64,000 bases of DNA from Candidatus Sungiibacteriota bacterium (GTDB lineage Bacteria; Patescibacteriota; Minisyncoccia; Sungbacterales; HO2-52-23). Where the stretch lies: contig JACPBG010000002.1 in assembly GCA_016180435.1 (NCBI GenBank), positions 144,682 through 208,681 of the forward strand, read 5' to 3'. The notes beneath the pieces were generated by a model, which worked only from the letters and a program-made list of their open reading frames with translations, did not search any database and was not told the origin of the DNA. Shown one piece after another: positions 8,721 to 17,876 of this stretch (position 1 is the first letter of the stretch; the number at the start of each line of letters is the position of its first letter). A program made the translations under genes and the position numbers.

Positions 8721-8866
8721 AAACTTCCAATTTGCTTAATTGTCATCCGAACACTTTGCGGCAGTGGGATAGGAAAGGTATTTTAGTTGCCGTGCGTTTC
8801 GGCGAGCGAAAAGACCGGCGTTATCGGAAGGAAGACATCCTCAAACTAATTTCCAAGCAAAAATGA
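8717..8866 (+). CDS. Small MerR/excisionase-family HTH protein (49 aa)
   Basis: MKTSNLLNCHPNTLRQWDRKGILVAVRFGERKDRRYRKEDILKL fits the HTH_17 pattern (hp.TirrW.r.G.l.a.R...g.RRY...di). ATGA overlaps with both the upstream AbiEii stop and the downstream radC start. Not in the ORF track (<60 aa). Confidence 0.6.
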   Translation: MKTSNLLNCHPNTLRQWDRKGILVAVRFGERKDRRYRKEDILKLISKQK

Positions 8867-9531
8867 AAATAAAGGATTTACCAAAATCAGATAGGCCGCG
8901 AGAGAAGCTTGTGGCTAAAGGAGCCGAGAATCTTAAGGACTCGGAGCTTTTGGCTATTCTTTTGCGGACCGGCAAAGCTGGGAAAAATGTCATTGAAATC
9001 GCTTCGCAGATTTTAGCCAAGCATTCCAAAAAGCGGCTCTTGCAAATGACCTATCAGGACCTGGTAAAAATCGGCGGCATTGATTCGGCAAAGGCCACAA
9101 CGCTTCTGGCCGCCTTTGAGCTCGCAAAACGCGCCCTGGAAGTGAATGACACGAATTTACCGACCATCGTTACCCCTAAAGATGTCGTGGCTCAACTGGC
9201 CGAGTTGCGCAATAACAAAAAAGAACATTTCATTGCTTTGTACCTCAACGCCAGAAACCAACTGGTTCATAAAGAAACAATTTCAATGGGTACCTTGAAT
9301 GCCAACCTAGTCCATCCTCGAGAAGTTTTTGAACCGGCACTTAAGCATTCGGCCGCCAGCATTATGGTTGCGCATAATCATCCTTCCGGTGATTCAAAGC
9401 CGTCGGAGGACGATTTGGAAATAACAAAGAGATTAGTAGAAGCTGGCAAGTTGATGGGGATTGAAGCAGTAGACCACATTATTATTACCAAAAACACCTA
9501 TCTTAGCTTCAGAGGAGAACGTTTGATTTAA
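8863..9531 (+). CDS. radC: RadC-like JAB/MPN-domain protein
   Basis: HhH N-terminal region; JAMM motif HNHPSGDSKPSEDD near the C-terminus. Confidence 0.85.
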   Translation: MKIKDLPKSDRPREKLVAKGAENLKDSELLAILLRTGKAGKNVIEIASQILAKHSKKRLLQMTYQDLVKIGGIDSAKATTLLAAFELAKRALEVNDTNLPTIVTPKDVVAQLAELRNNKKEHFIALYLNARNQLVHKETISMGTLNANLVHPREVFEPALKHSAASIMVAHNHPSGDSKPSEDDLEITKRLVEAGKLMGIEAVDHIIITKNTYLSFRGERLI

Positions 9532-9535
9532 ACCT

Positions 9536-11905
9536 ATGCCCAACTTTTCTAAAAAAGAATTTTCCGAGCAGGATATTTGTTCAAAATTCATTCTTCCGGC
9601 GCTTACAAACGCCGGCTGGGATTTACAGAAGCAAATCCGCGAGCAGTATAGCTTTACCGCCGGTCGGATTATCGTGCGCGGCAAAACCGTTTTTCGCGGG
9701 GAGAAAAAACGCGCCGATTTTGTTTTATATCATCGCGGCCATCTCCCGCTCGCAATTATTGAGGCCAAGGATAATAAACATCCCGTCGGCGCCGGAATGC
9801 AGCAGGCACTTGAATATGCCGAAGCGCTTGATATTCCTTTTGTCTATAGCGGGAATGGCGACGCGTTTCTTGAGCATGACCGCCTTGTGAAAACTGAGCC
9901 CATTGAAAACGAGCTCCCATTAAACGAATTCCCGTCTCCAGACGCGCTTTACAGCCGTTATGTGAAAGCTAAAGGACTTGCCGCCGAGCAGGAAAAAGTA
10001 ATCAGTCAGGATTATTATCAGGAGATTGACGGCAAGTCGCCCCGCTACTTCCAGCAGGTTGCGATTAACCGCGCCACCGAAGAAATCGTCAAAGGTAAAA
10101 ACCGTCTGCTTTTGGTGATGGCCACCGGCACCGGCAAAACCTACGCCGCGTTTCAAATCATCTGGCGTTTGTGGAAAGCCGGAGTTAAAAAGCGGATTCT
10201 CTTTCTGGTGGACCGCAACATTTTGGCTGATCAGCCGATTATGAATGACTTCCGACATTTTGGCGACAAGATGACTAAAATTCAGCATCGCCAAGTTGAT
10301 AAGTCATACGAAGTGTATCTTGGTTTGTATCAGGGGCTAACCGGAATGGAAGAAGAAAAAAACATATTCAAGCAGTTTTCACCGGACTTCTTTGATTTGG
10401 TTATTGTTGACGAGTGTCATCGCGGAGCGGCGCGCGAAGACGCTTCTTGGAGAGAAATTCTTGATTATTATAAAAGCGCCACCCAAATCGGTTTAACCGC
10501 CACTCCCAAGGAAACTGCCGATATTTCAACCCAAACCTATTTCGGCGAACCGGTATATACCTATTCGCTCCGGCAGGGCATTGAAGACGGCTTTCTTGCG
10601 CCCTACAAAGTTATTCGCGTTACTTTGGATAGAGACGCGGAAGGATATCGCCCCACGGCTGGCGAGGTTGATAAATATGGCAACCCACTGCCTGATCAGA
10701 TTTTCGGCCAGAGCGATTTTGACCGCAAGCTTGTGCTGGAAGAGCGCTCAAAAGTCGTTGCGCAAAAAATTACCGAATATCTCAAAGCCACTGACAGGAT
10801 GCAAAAGACCATAGTATTTTGCGTGGACACCGAGCACGCCGACCGCATGCGTAAAGAACTTGTGAACGCTAATGCCGATCTCGTGAGTGAGCACCCGAAT
10901 TATGTCGTTCGCATCACCGGCAACGACGAGCACGGCGTAAAAGAACTTGATAAATTCATTGATCCCGAAAGCCCGTATCCAGTTATCGCCACCACTTCAA
11001 AGCTTCTTACCACTGGCGTAGATACCCAAACCGTCAAACTAATTGTCATTGACCAGAATATCAACTCAATCATTGAATTCAAGCAGATTATCGGCCGCGG
11101 CACGCGCGTGCGCGAGGATTACGGCAAGATGTTTTTTACCATTATGGATTTTCGCGGCGCGACCGAGCTCTTTGCCGACCCGAAATTTGACGGCGATCCG
11201 GTGGTCATTTACAAAACCAAAGAAAAAGGGCCGATTGTGCCGCCCGAAGAAAAAGACGGAGGAACAGAAATCGGCCCCGAGGAGAAACCCATTATTGAAT
11301 ACGGCCCGCCGGGAACCGGCGTCGGCATCGTCCGCGACGAGCCGAAAAAATATTACCCCTTGGGCGTGGAAGTGAAAATAATCCACGAGCGCGTGCAGTA
11401 TATGGACGAGCGCGGCAAACTTATCACCGAATCGCTCAAGGACTACACCAAGCGAAACATTCTGCAAAGCTACGCATCGCTCAACGACTTTTTAACCGCC
11501 TGGACTAAGACCGAACAAAAAGAAGCAATCCTCAAAGAGCTTGAAGATCGCGGTGTATTTTTTGCCGAGCTTTCTGCCGAAGTCGGCCGGGACTTGGACA
11601 CCTTTGACCTTGTCTGCCATGTGGCTTGGGGCAAAAAGCCGCTCACGCGCAGCGAGCGGGCGGAAAAGGCGCGCAAAAAAGATTACTTTGCTAAATACGA
11701 AGGCAAGGCGCGCGAAGTTATTGAGGCGCTCCTCGCTAAATACGCCGATCAGGGCATCACCGCCATTGACGACATCGGCGACTTGCAGGTTTCGCCGTTT
11801 GACCAATTCGGCACGCCGTACCAAATCGTCAATGACATCTTCGGCGGCCGCGAAAAATACCTCACGGCAGTTAAAGAGGTCCAGCAGGCGCTCTACGTGG
11901 GTTAG
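9536..11905 (+). CDS. hsdR: Type I restriction enzyme R subunit
   Basis: HsdR N-terminal PD-(D/E)xK nuclease (FILPALTNAGWD...ADFVLY...IEAKD). Helicase motif I LLLVMATGTGKT and motif II VIVDECHRG. hsdM and hsdS lie downstream. Confidence 0.85.
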   Translation: MPNFSKKEFSEQDICSKFILPALTNAGWDLQKQIREQYSFTAGRIIVRGKTVFRGEKKRADFVLYHRGHLPLAIIEAKDNKHPVGAGMQQALEYAEALDIPFVYSGNGDAFLEHDRLVKTEPIENELPLNEFPSPDALYSRYVKAKGLAAEQEKVISQDYYQEIDGKSPRYFQQVAINRATEEIVKGKNRLLLVMATGTGKTYAAFQIIWRLWKAGVKKRILFLVDRNILADQPIMNDFRHFGDKMTKIQHRQVDKSYEVYLGLYQGLTGMEEEKNIFKQFSPDFFDLVIVDECHRGAAREDASWREILDYYKSATQIGLTATPKETADISTQTYFGEPVYTYSLRQGIEDGFLAPYKVIRVTLDRDAEGYRPTAGEVDKYGNPLPDQIFGQSDFDRKLVLEERSKVVAQKITEYLKATDRMQKTIVFCVDTEHADRMRKELVNANADLVSEHPNYVVRITGNDEHGVKELDKFIDPESPYPVIATTSKLLTTGVDTQTVKLIVIDQNINSIIEFKQIIGRGTRVREDYGKMFFTIMDFRGATELFADPKFDGDPVVIYKTKEKGPIVPPEEKDGGTEIGPEEKPIIEYGPPGTGVGIVRDEPKKYYPLGVEVKIIHERVQYMDERGKLITESLKDYTKRNILQSYASLNDFLTAWTKTEQKEAILKELEDRGVFFAELSAEVGRDLDTFDLVCHVAWGKKPLTRSERAEKARKKDYFAKYEGKAREVIEALLAKYADQGITAIDDIGDLQVSPFDQFGTPYQIVNDIFGGREKYLTAVKEVQQALYVG

Positions 11906-11944
11906 TTGACAATCGCTTGACAATCAAATATAGATTGCTTTACA

Positions 11945-13012
11945 ATGAAGTTGCTTATGACAAATAAGGACAAAATCTTGCAATTGATTGAACAGAAAGG
12001 GAAGATTACGGCGCGTGAGATTACGGAGGTAACTGGCGTATCTCGTCAGTACGTCAATCTTGTGATTTCCGGTCTTGTTGCAGAAGACAAGGTGGTCAAG
12101 CTTGGGGGAACCCGGGGCGCTTTTTATGTTTCAAAAGCATATATCGCTAAACACCCGGAGATTGTTCCTAATACTTTAAAGAAAAGGTACATCAATAAGT
12201 CGCTCGAAGAGCACAAGGTCTTTCTAGAGATAGAGGATAAATTGTCGCAACTTAAAGATCTGCCTGAAAATGTGCGGAGTATTTTTACGTTCGCATTTTC
12301 CGAGATGTTCAATAACGCGATTGAACATTCCGCATCAAGAATTATTTCGGTGGAAGTAACGTTGCGGGGAGAATTTCTATCATTCATTGTAAACGATGCC
12401 GGTGTTGGCGTATTTCGCAACATTATAAAAAAACGGAATCTTAAATCGGAAATAGAAGCGATTCAGGACTTATTGAAAGGAAAAACTACAACCATGCCGA
12501 GAACACACTCTGGAGAAGGAATTTTTTTTACTTCCAAGGCGGGAGATATGTTTACTTTGGACAGCTTTGGCCAGATGCTCATTATTAACAATCTTACGAA
12601 TGACATTTCCGCGCGCCATGCGTCTGCCGTCAAACGCGGCACGCGGGTTATTTTTAGGATTAAAACTGACTCCGATCGCCATCTAAACGATGTTTTTAAA
12701 AAATATACCAACATCAACGATGACAGCGATTACGGTTTTGATAAGACCGAGATACGGGTAAAACTCTATACTTCGGGCGGCGTCCATATCTCTCGTTCGC
12801 AGGCGCGCAGGATTTTGGAGGGGCTTGAAAAGTTTAAGATAATCCTGCTGGATTTTGAGAACGTACCCCTGGTAGGGCAGGCGTTTGTGGATGAAATATA
12901 TCGTGTATTTCAAAATGCGCATCCGAATATTCTAATTCAGGAAGAAAATATGTCGGAAGGCGTGAAGTTTATGGTGGAGCGAGCGAAAAATGAAGCGAAG
13001 AAATCAAAATAA
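11945..13012 (+). CDS. HTH + GHKL-type ATPase (anti-sigma-factor-kinase-like) + DUF4325/STAS-like domain protein, embedded between hsdR and hsdM
   Basis: N-terminal wHTH (KITAREITEVTGVSRQYVNLVISGL). GHKL N-box EMFNNAIEH and G1 box VNDAGVGVF. C-terminal ILLDFENVPLVGQAFVDEIYRVF matches the DUF4325 signature. Confidence 0.55.
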   Translation: MKLLMTNKDKILQLIEQKGKITAREITEVTGVSRQYVNLVISGLVAEDKVVKLGGTRGAFYVSKAYIAKHPEIVPNTLKKRYINKSLEEHKVFLEIEDKLSQLKDLPENVRSIFTFAFSEMFNNAIEHSASRIISVEVTLRGEFLSFIVNDAGVGVFRNIIKKRNLKSEIEAIQDLLKGKTTTMPRTHSGEGIFFTSKAGDMFTLDSFGQMLIINNLTNDISARHASAVKRGTRVIFRIKTDSDRHLNDVFKKYTNINDDSDYGFDKTEIRVKLYTSGGVHISRSQARRILEGLEKFKIILLDFENVPLVGQAFVDEIYRVFQNAHPNILIQEENMSEGVKFMVERAKNEAKKSK

Positions 13013-13037
13013 ATATTTATAGTGAGCTTATCGAACT

Positions 13038-14516
13038 ATGTCCAACATCCAATCAGTCATCAAAAACATCCAAGATATCATGCGTAAAGACGCGGGCGTG
13101 GATGGCGACGCCCAGCGGCTCTCCCAGCTTGTCTGGATGCTTTTCCTGAAAATTTTTGATGACCAGGAGCGCGAGCGCGAGCTTATCAATCCCAAATATC
13201 GCTCACCCTTGCCCGAGGATCTCCGCTGGCGCAACTGGGCAGGCGACCCGGAAGGAATGACCGGCGACGGGCTTCTGGAATTCGTCAACAACAAGCTTTT
13301 CAAACGGCTGAAGGATTTGTCTTTTGACGAGAGCGAAGACCCTCGGGCTTTTATCGTTCGCGAGGTGTTTGCCGACAGCTACAACTATATGAAGTCCGGC
13401 ACCCTTATCCGGCAGGTCATTAACAAAATAAACGAAATTGATTTTAATAAAGCCGACGACCGTCACGCCTTCAACGACCTCTACGAACATCTGCTCAAAG
13501 AGCTCCAAAGCGCGGGCAACGCAGGGGAGTATTACACGCCCCGGCCGCTCACGCGTTTTGTGGTAGAGATGGTTTCCCCTAAACTTGGCGAAAAGGTGCT
13601 GGATCCGGCCTGCGGCACCGGCGGATTTTTGATTGACACTCTGGAATACATCCGTAAGCAGGAAATAAAAACCGCGGCGGATGAAAAGAAACTCCAAAGC
13701 CAAATACAAGGAGTAGAACTCAAGTCGCTACCATATTTATTAGCTACGACAAATATGATTTTGCACGGCGTGGACACGCCAAAGCATTTGCGCCATGGCG
13801 ACATGCTTTCCCAACCATTGCGGGAATATGGGCCGAAAGATCGCGTTGATGTGATTGTGGCCAATCCGCCATTTGGAGCCGATGTCAAAGATGGCATAGA
13901 GAAAAACTTTCCGACCGAATTCCGCACCCGCGAAACTGCCGACCTCTTTTTGGTACTTTTTATTCATCTTTTAAAACCAAACGGCCGCGCCGGCATCGTG
14001 CTTCCCGATGGCTCGCTTTTCGGCGAGGGCGTTAAAACCGCCATCAAGAAAAAACTCCTTGAAGAGTGCAATGTGCATACCATTGTCCGCCTGCCGCAAG
14101 GCGTGTTTAATCCGTACGCCGGAGTAAACACCAACCTAATTTTCTTCACCAAAGGCGAACCCACCAAAGAAATCTGGTACTACCAGCTTCCGCTCCCCGA
14201 AGGCGTCAAACAATACACCAAAAACCGCTGCATCACAGACGCAGATTTTGATCAAGTTAGAGAGTGGTGGAATAAAAGAAAGGATAATGCGCTTGCCCCG
14301 TTAGAGGCCGCGAGGGCTCGCAGCGTGTCTTCGCCTCTAATGGGGTGGAAAGTATCAATCAAACAAATCCAAGAACGAAACTACAATCTGGACTTCAAAA
14401 ACCCGAACGGCAATGCAAAACTCGTCCACAAAGACCCGAAAGAAGTTTTGGAGAGCATCGCCAAAACCGAATTCCACATTGCCAAAATTTTGGAGGAGAT
14501 AAAGAAAGAGATATGA
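13038..14516 (+). CDS. hsdM: Type I R-M N6-adenine DNA methyltransferase subunit
   Basis: SAM motif I VLDPACGTGGFL and motif IV VIVANPPFG. Contains an in-frame 50-nt palindromic repeat near its 3' end. Confidence 0.9.
   Translation: MSNIQSVIKNIQDIMRKDAGVDGDAQRLSQLVWMLFLKIFDDQERERELINPKYRSPLPEDLRWRNWAGDPEGMTGDGLLEFVNNKLFKRLKDLSFDESEDPRAFIVREVFADSYNYMKSGTLIRQVINKINEIDFNKADDRHAFNDLYEHLLKELQSAGNAGEYYTPRPLTRFVVEMVSPKLGEKVLDPACGTGGFLIDTLEYIRKQEIKTAADEKKLQSQIQGVELKSLPYLLATTNMILHGVDTPKHLRHGDMLSQPLREYGPKDRVDVIVANPPFGADVKDGIEKNFPTEFRTRETADLFLVLFIHLLKPNGRAGIVLPDGSLFGEGVKTAIKKKLLEECNVHTIVRLPQGVFNPYAGVNTNLIFFTKGEPTKEIWYYQLPLPEGVKQYTKNRCITDADFDQVREWWNKRKDNALAPLEAARARSVSSPLMGWKVSIKQIQERNYNLDFKNPNGNAKLVHKDPKEVLESIAKTEFHIAKILEEIKKEI
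14296..14345. repeat. Small palindromic element (CCCCGTTAGAGGC ... GCCTCTAATGGGG) lying inside the hsdM reading frame
   Basis: 13-nt inverted termini with one mismatch enclose a GC-rich core cgcgagggctcgcagcgtgtcttc. The termini match the CCCCGTTAGAG/CTCTAACGGGG family at 24074 and 49561. The hsdM frame stays open through it (peptide ALAPLEAARARSVSSPLMGW). Confidence 0.5.
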
Positions 14517-16015
14517 AAAATATTTTGTCTTTAAACGCAAAAGAAGCTCGGAAATTCTTTCTTAAGCACGAAAGTTATTGTAATTTTGACTTACCGCCCT
14601 ATTTCAAGTTTGATAGTATTCTAAACGACCTGTCTAATACTCTTAAAAACACGAACTTATCTAATTTTTATTCGTCAACAAAAAAGCCGTGGGACTTTGA
14701 AGATGTTAATTACAGATTAACAAGTAACAAAGACGGGAAATATGCGTGGCGACCACTTCAACTTATACATCCGGCCTTGTATGTAAACCTAGCTCATATC
14801 ATCACTGAACCAAAGAACTGGAAGGACTTGAAAGCTCGCTTTACTTTTCTAATGAGGGAAAGTCGCAATATTGAGTGTGAGGGTCTGCCAGTGATTTCTT
14901 CTTACTATAGAAAAGACCGAGCAGCACAAATAATCCACTGGGTAGATAAAGTGGAAAAAAAATCTATCAAGTATGCTCTCGCATACGATTATGTACTACA
15001 CACGGATATCACTGATTGTTACGGAGCAATATATACACACTCGATATCGTGGGCGCTACACGATAAAAGTGTCGCCAAAGACAGGCGTCATGATGATTCT
15101 CTGTGTGGTAATAAGATCGATAGACAACTGCAAGCCATGTCAAATGGTCAAACGAACGGCATTCCGCAGGGTAGCGTCCTCATGGATTTTATTGCTGAGT
15201 TGGTTTTGTGCTATGCGGACAGCTTGCTTGCACAACAAATTTCTACCATTAAAAAGTCAGAATACCGCATTATCAGATACAGGGACGACTATAGAATTTT
15301 TACGAACCATTCACAGATTGCAGAACAAATAATGAAAGAGCTTACCGATGTTCTACATAATTTAGGATTAAAAATAAGTTCCTCAAAAACCAAAGGGACG
15401 GATAAAGTAGTACATTCATCAATCAAAGAGGACAAATTGTATTGGTTTGCGCATGGACGTAATCATGATAAATTGCTCCACGAACTACTCAACATATCTT
15501 TGTTTGCGGAGAGTTTTCCTAATTCAGGTCAATTAACGATCCTGCTTAATAGCGTTTATTATAGAATAATAGATTTGTATAGAAAGGATATAAAAGAAGA
15601 TATCACAGCCCTTATTAGTGTTGCGGTTGATATTGCGTATAAAAATCCGAGGGTTTATCCAATCGCGACTGCAATCATTAGTAAGCTTATAGACTTTCTT
15701 CCAAAATCCAAAAGAGAAAAGGCAATCCAAAAAATATTACAGAGATTCAAAAAACTTCCTAACACTGGGATAATGCAAATTTGGCTGCACAGGATAACGG
15801 TTAAGCTTGGTGGAAATTATGACCATTCCGAAAGATTGTGCACAAAAGTAGTAGATCCAAACGTGAAGATTTGGAATTCTGATTGGCTGAAGACAATGCT
15901 TCGTAGAAAAATTGATATTTGTAATGTAATTGACGCAGATGAACTTATAAAGATTGGAGCCGTGATCGGTAAAGATGAGGTTGAACTATTCAAGGTTACC
16001 GACTACTCATATTAA
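14512..16015 (+). CDS. Reverse transcriptase (Abi/UG-class, defence-associated type) encoded between hsdM and hsdS
   Basis: RT motifs LHTDITDCYGAIYTHSI (motif 1-like), NGIPQGSVLMDFIAELVL (motif 4, QG) and RIIRYRDDYRIF (motif 5, YxDD). ATG at 14512 overlaps the hsdM stop (ATGA). The track's longer ORF (14345) begins inside hsdM. Confidence 0.7.
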
Positions 16016-16019
16016 AATT

Positions 16020-16526
16020 ATGCCCTACCCAACAAAAAAATTAGGAGAGAACATAGAAGACAAATCAAAAGATAGTAGAATTCTTTTTTCAATTTTAACT
16101 GGACGAAATTCGCATATATTGACTATCGTTATCGTTGGGCATTTGCTAACAGAACATCTTTTGGACAAAATTATTACTGCTAAATTTAAAAATAAGAGAA
16201 GTAACCCGAAGGAGAGTTTTTCACAAAAACTTGAGCTTCTTTATCCAATGTGGCTACCTCTATTTATTTATAAAAACATAAAACTTTTAAATGAAAGCAG
16301 AAATGACATAGCGCACAATTTGGGAAGTATTGATTATAAGCCGTTTATTTATACGCATCGGGGAGAAAAGAAAATTGTTAAAATTCCAAAAAGAAAAAAT
16401 GAAGAAAAGTTTTATTTCCGAGAACTTATCAATACCGTATTGTTTGATTTAGTAAATTATTCGTCTGATACTTTAGGTATTTCCAACGACATAGATTTAA
16501 ATATTATCTTTCGTCAGAAAAACTAA
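16020..16526 (+). CDS. Small HEPN-like (Rx4H) protein whose N-terminus duplicates the hsdS N-terminus; candidate partner of the RT
   Basis: ESRNDIAHN contains an R-x4-H HEPN-type motif. The first 10 codons (MPYPTKKLGE) and ~25 nt (ctacccaacaaaaaaa...ggaga) duplicate the hsdS start at 16528. Internal ATG in track ORF 15975..16526. Confidence 0.4.
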   Translation: MPYPTKKLGENIEDKSKDSRILFSILTGRNSHILTIVIVGHLLTEHLLDKIITAKFKNKRSNPKESFSQKLELLYPMWLPLFIYKNIKLLNESRNDIAHNLGSIDYKPFIYTHRGEKKIVKIPKRKNEEKFYFRELINTVLFDLVNYSSDTLGISNDIDLNIIFRQKN

Positions 16527-16527
16527 T

Positions 16528-17796
16528 ATGTCTACCTACCCAACAAAAAAACTCGGAGAAGTATTGGATTACGAACAACCCGGGAAGTATATCGTAAATT
16601 CCAAGAATTACAGTAACGACTATAAAACGCCGGTTTTAACAGCTGGTAAAACTTTTATATTGGGAAATACAGATGAAAAAGAAAACGTATTCCCATCTGA
16701 AAAGTTACCGGTAATAATTTTTGATGATTTTACTACTACTATAAAATTTGTTGATTTTCCCTTTAAGGTTAAGTCTTCGGCAATGAAGATTTTGCATGCT
16801 AAAAAAGGTGTAGCAGATATCAAATATTTATTTTATTTAATGCAAACCATAGAACTCAATCATGCAACGCATAAACGATATTGGATATCAGAATTTTCTC
16901 AATTAGAAATCCCTCTCCCGCCGCTTTCAGAGCAGAAGAAAATCGTGACGAGGTTGGAAGGGTTGCTGAAGAAAATTAAGGAGGCCAAGCGCTTGCGCGC
17001 CGAAGCGCAAGAAGCCGCCCAAAACCTCCTCCCCGCCGAACTCCACCGCATCTTCACTCAACAGGATTCTTATTCTCTAATTCGCGCGAATAAGCGAATA
17101 GTTGGAAAACTTACCACAACACACAAACAACATACTTACAAACTTGAGAATGTAAGGATGTTTAATAAGTCCGCCTCCGTTAAAACTTCGGCGGATAAAT
17201 GGGAAGAAAAAGAGTTGGGAGAAATTTGCGAATTGAATCCAAAAAAATCAGAAATAAAAGATAAGGCAGACGATTTTCTTGTTTCTTTTGTTCCAATGTC
17301 TGCTGTTGATGAATACTTGCAAGCGATCGTATTATTGCAGGAACGAAGTCTGGGTGAAGTGAGAAAGGGCTATACTTATTTTAAAAATGGCGATGTTTTG
17401 TTTGCAAAAATTACTCCGTGCATGGAAAATGGGAAAGTCGCTATCGCAAGGAATTTAAAAAACAGCATTGGTTTTGGCACTACGGAATTTCATGTTTTTC
17501 GGGCAAAAAAGAAAGTTTTGCCGGAATGGATTCATTATATTATCGGTCAGCCGTCTTTCCGGGAAATTGCCAAAACCAGAATGACCGGAAGTGCGGGACA
17601 AAAGCGAGTGCCAGTGCAATTTCTAGAAAAATTTAAAATCCCGCTCCCGCCCGTTGCGGAGCAGAAAAAAATCGTGTCGCGGCTGGACTCGCTTTCCGAA
17701 AAAATCAAAAACCTGCGAGAGTATCAGAAAGACACCAAGTCCAACATGCAAAACTTGGAGCGATCTATACTGTATAAAGCATTTGAGAGCAAATAG
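16528..17796 (+). CDS. hsdS: Type I R-M specificity subunit
   Basis: Two TRDs, each followed by the conserved coiled region (LPPLSEQKKIVTRLEGLLKKIKEAKRL and LPPVAEQKKIVSRLDSLSEKIKNLRE). Confidence 0.85.
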   Translation: MSTYPTKKLGEVLDYEQPGKYIVNSKNYSNDYKTPVLTAGKTFILGNTDEKENVFPSEKLPVIIFDDFTTTIKFVDFPFKVKSSAMKILHAKKGVADIKYLFYLMQTIELNHATHKRYWISEFSQLEIPLPPLSEQKKIVTRLEGLLKKIKEAKRLRAEAQEAAQNLLPAELHRIFTQQDSYSLIRANKRIVGKLTTTHKQHTYKLENVRMFNKSASVKTSADKWEEKELGEICELNPKKSEIKDKADDFLVSFVPMSAVDEYLQAIVLLQERSLGEVRKGYTYFKNGDVLFAKITPCMENGKVAIARNLKNSIGFGTTEFHVFRAKKKVLPEWIHYIIGQPSFREIAKTRMTGSAGQKRVPVQFLEKFKIPLPPVAEQKKIVSRLDSLSEKIKNLREYQKDTKSNMQNLERSILYKAFESK

Positions 17797-17876
17797 TCGT
17801 CACGCCCCCGATATTAAGAAACGGAACACGAGACACCCCTTTTATAGTGTTCCGTTTATCCCATTTTGTTCAAAAA

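Noticed and set aside
14345-14511. Longer RT start at 14345 (track ORF 14345..16015)
   Set aside because: That start lies inside hsdM, within the palindromic insert. The ATG at 14512 overlaps the hsdM stop in the ATGA arrangement used repeatedly in this window, and precedes a sensible N-terminus.
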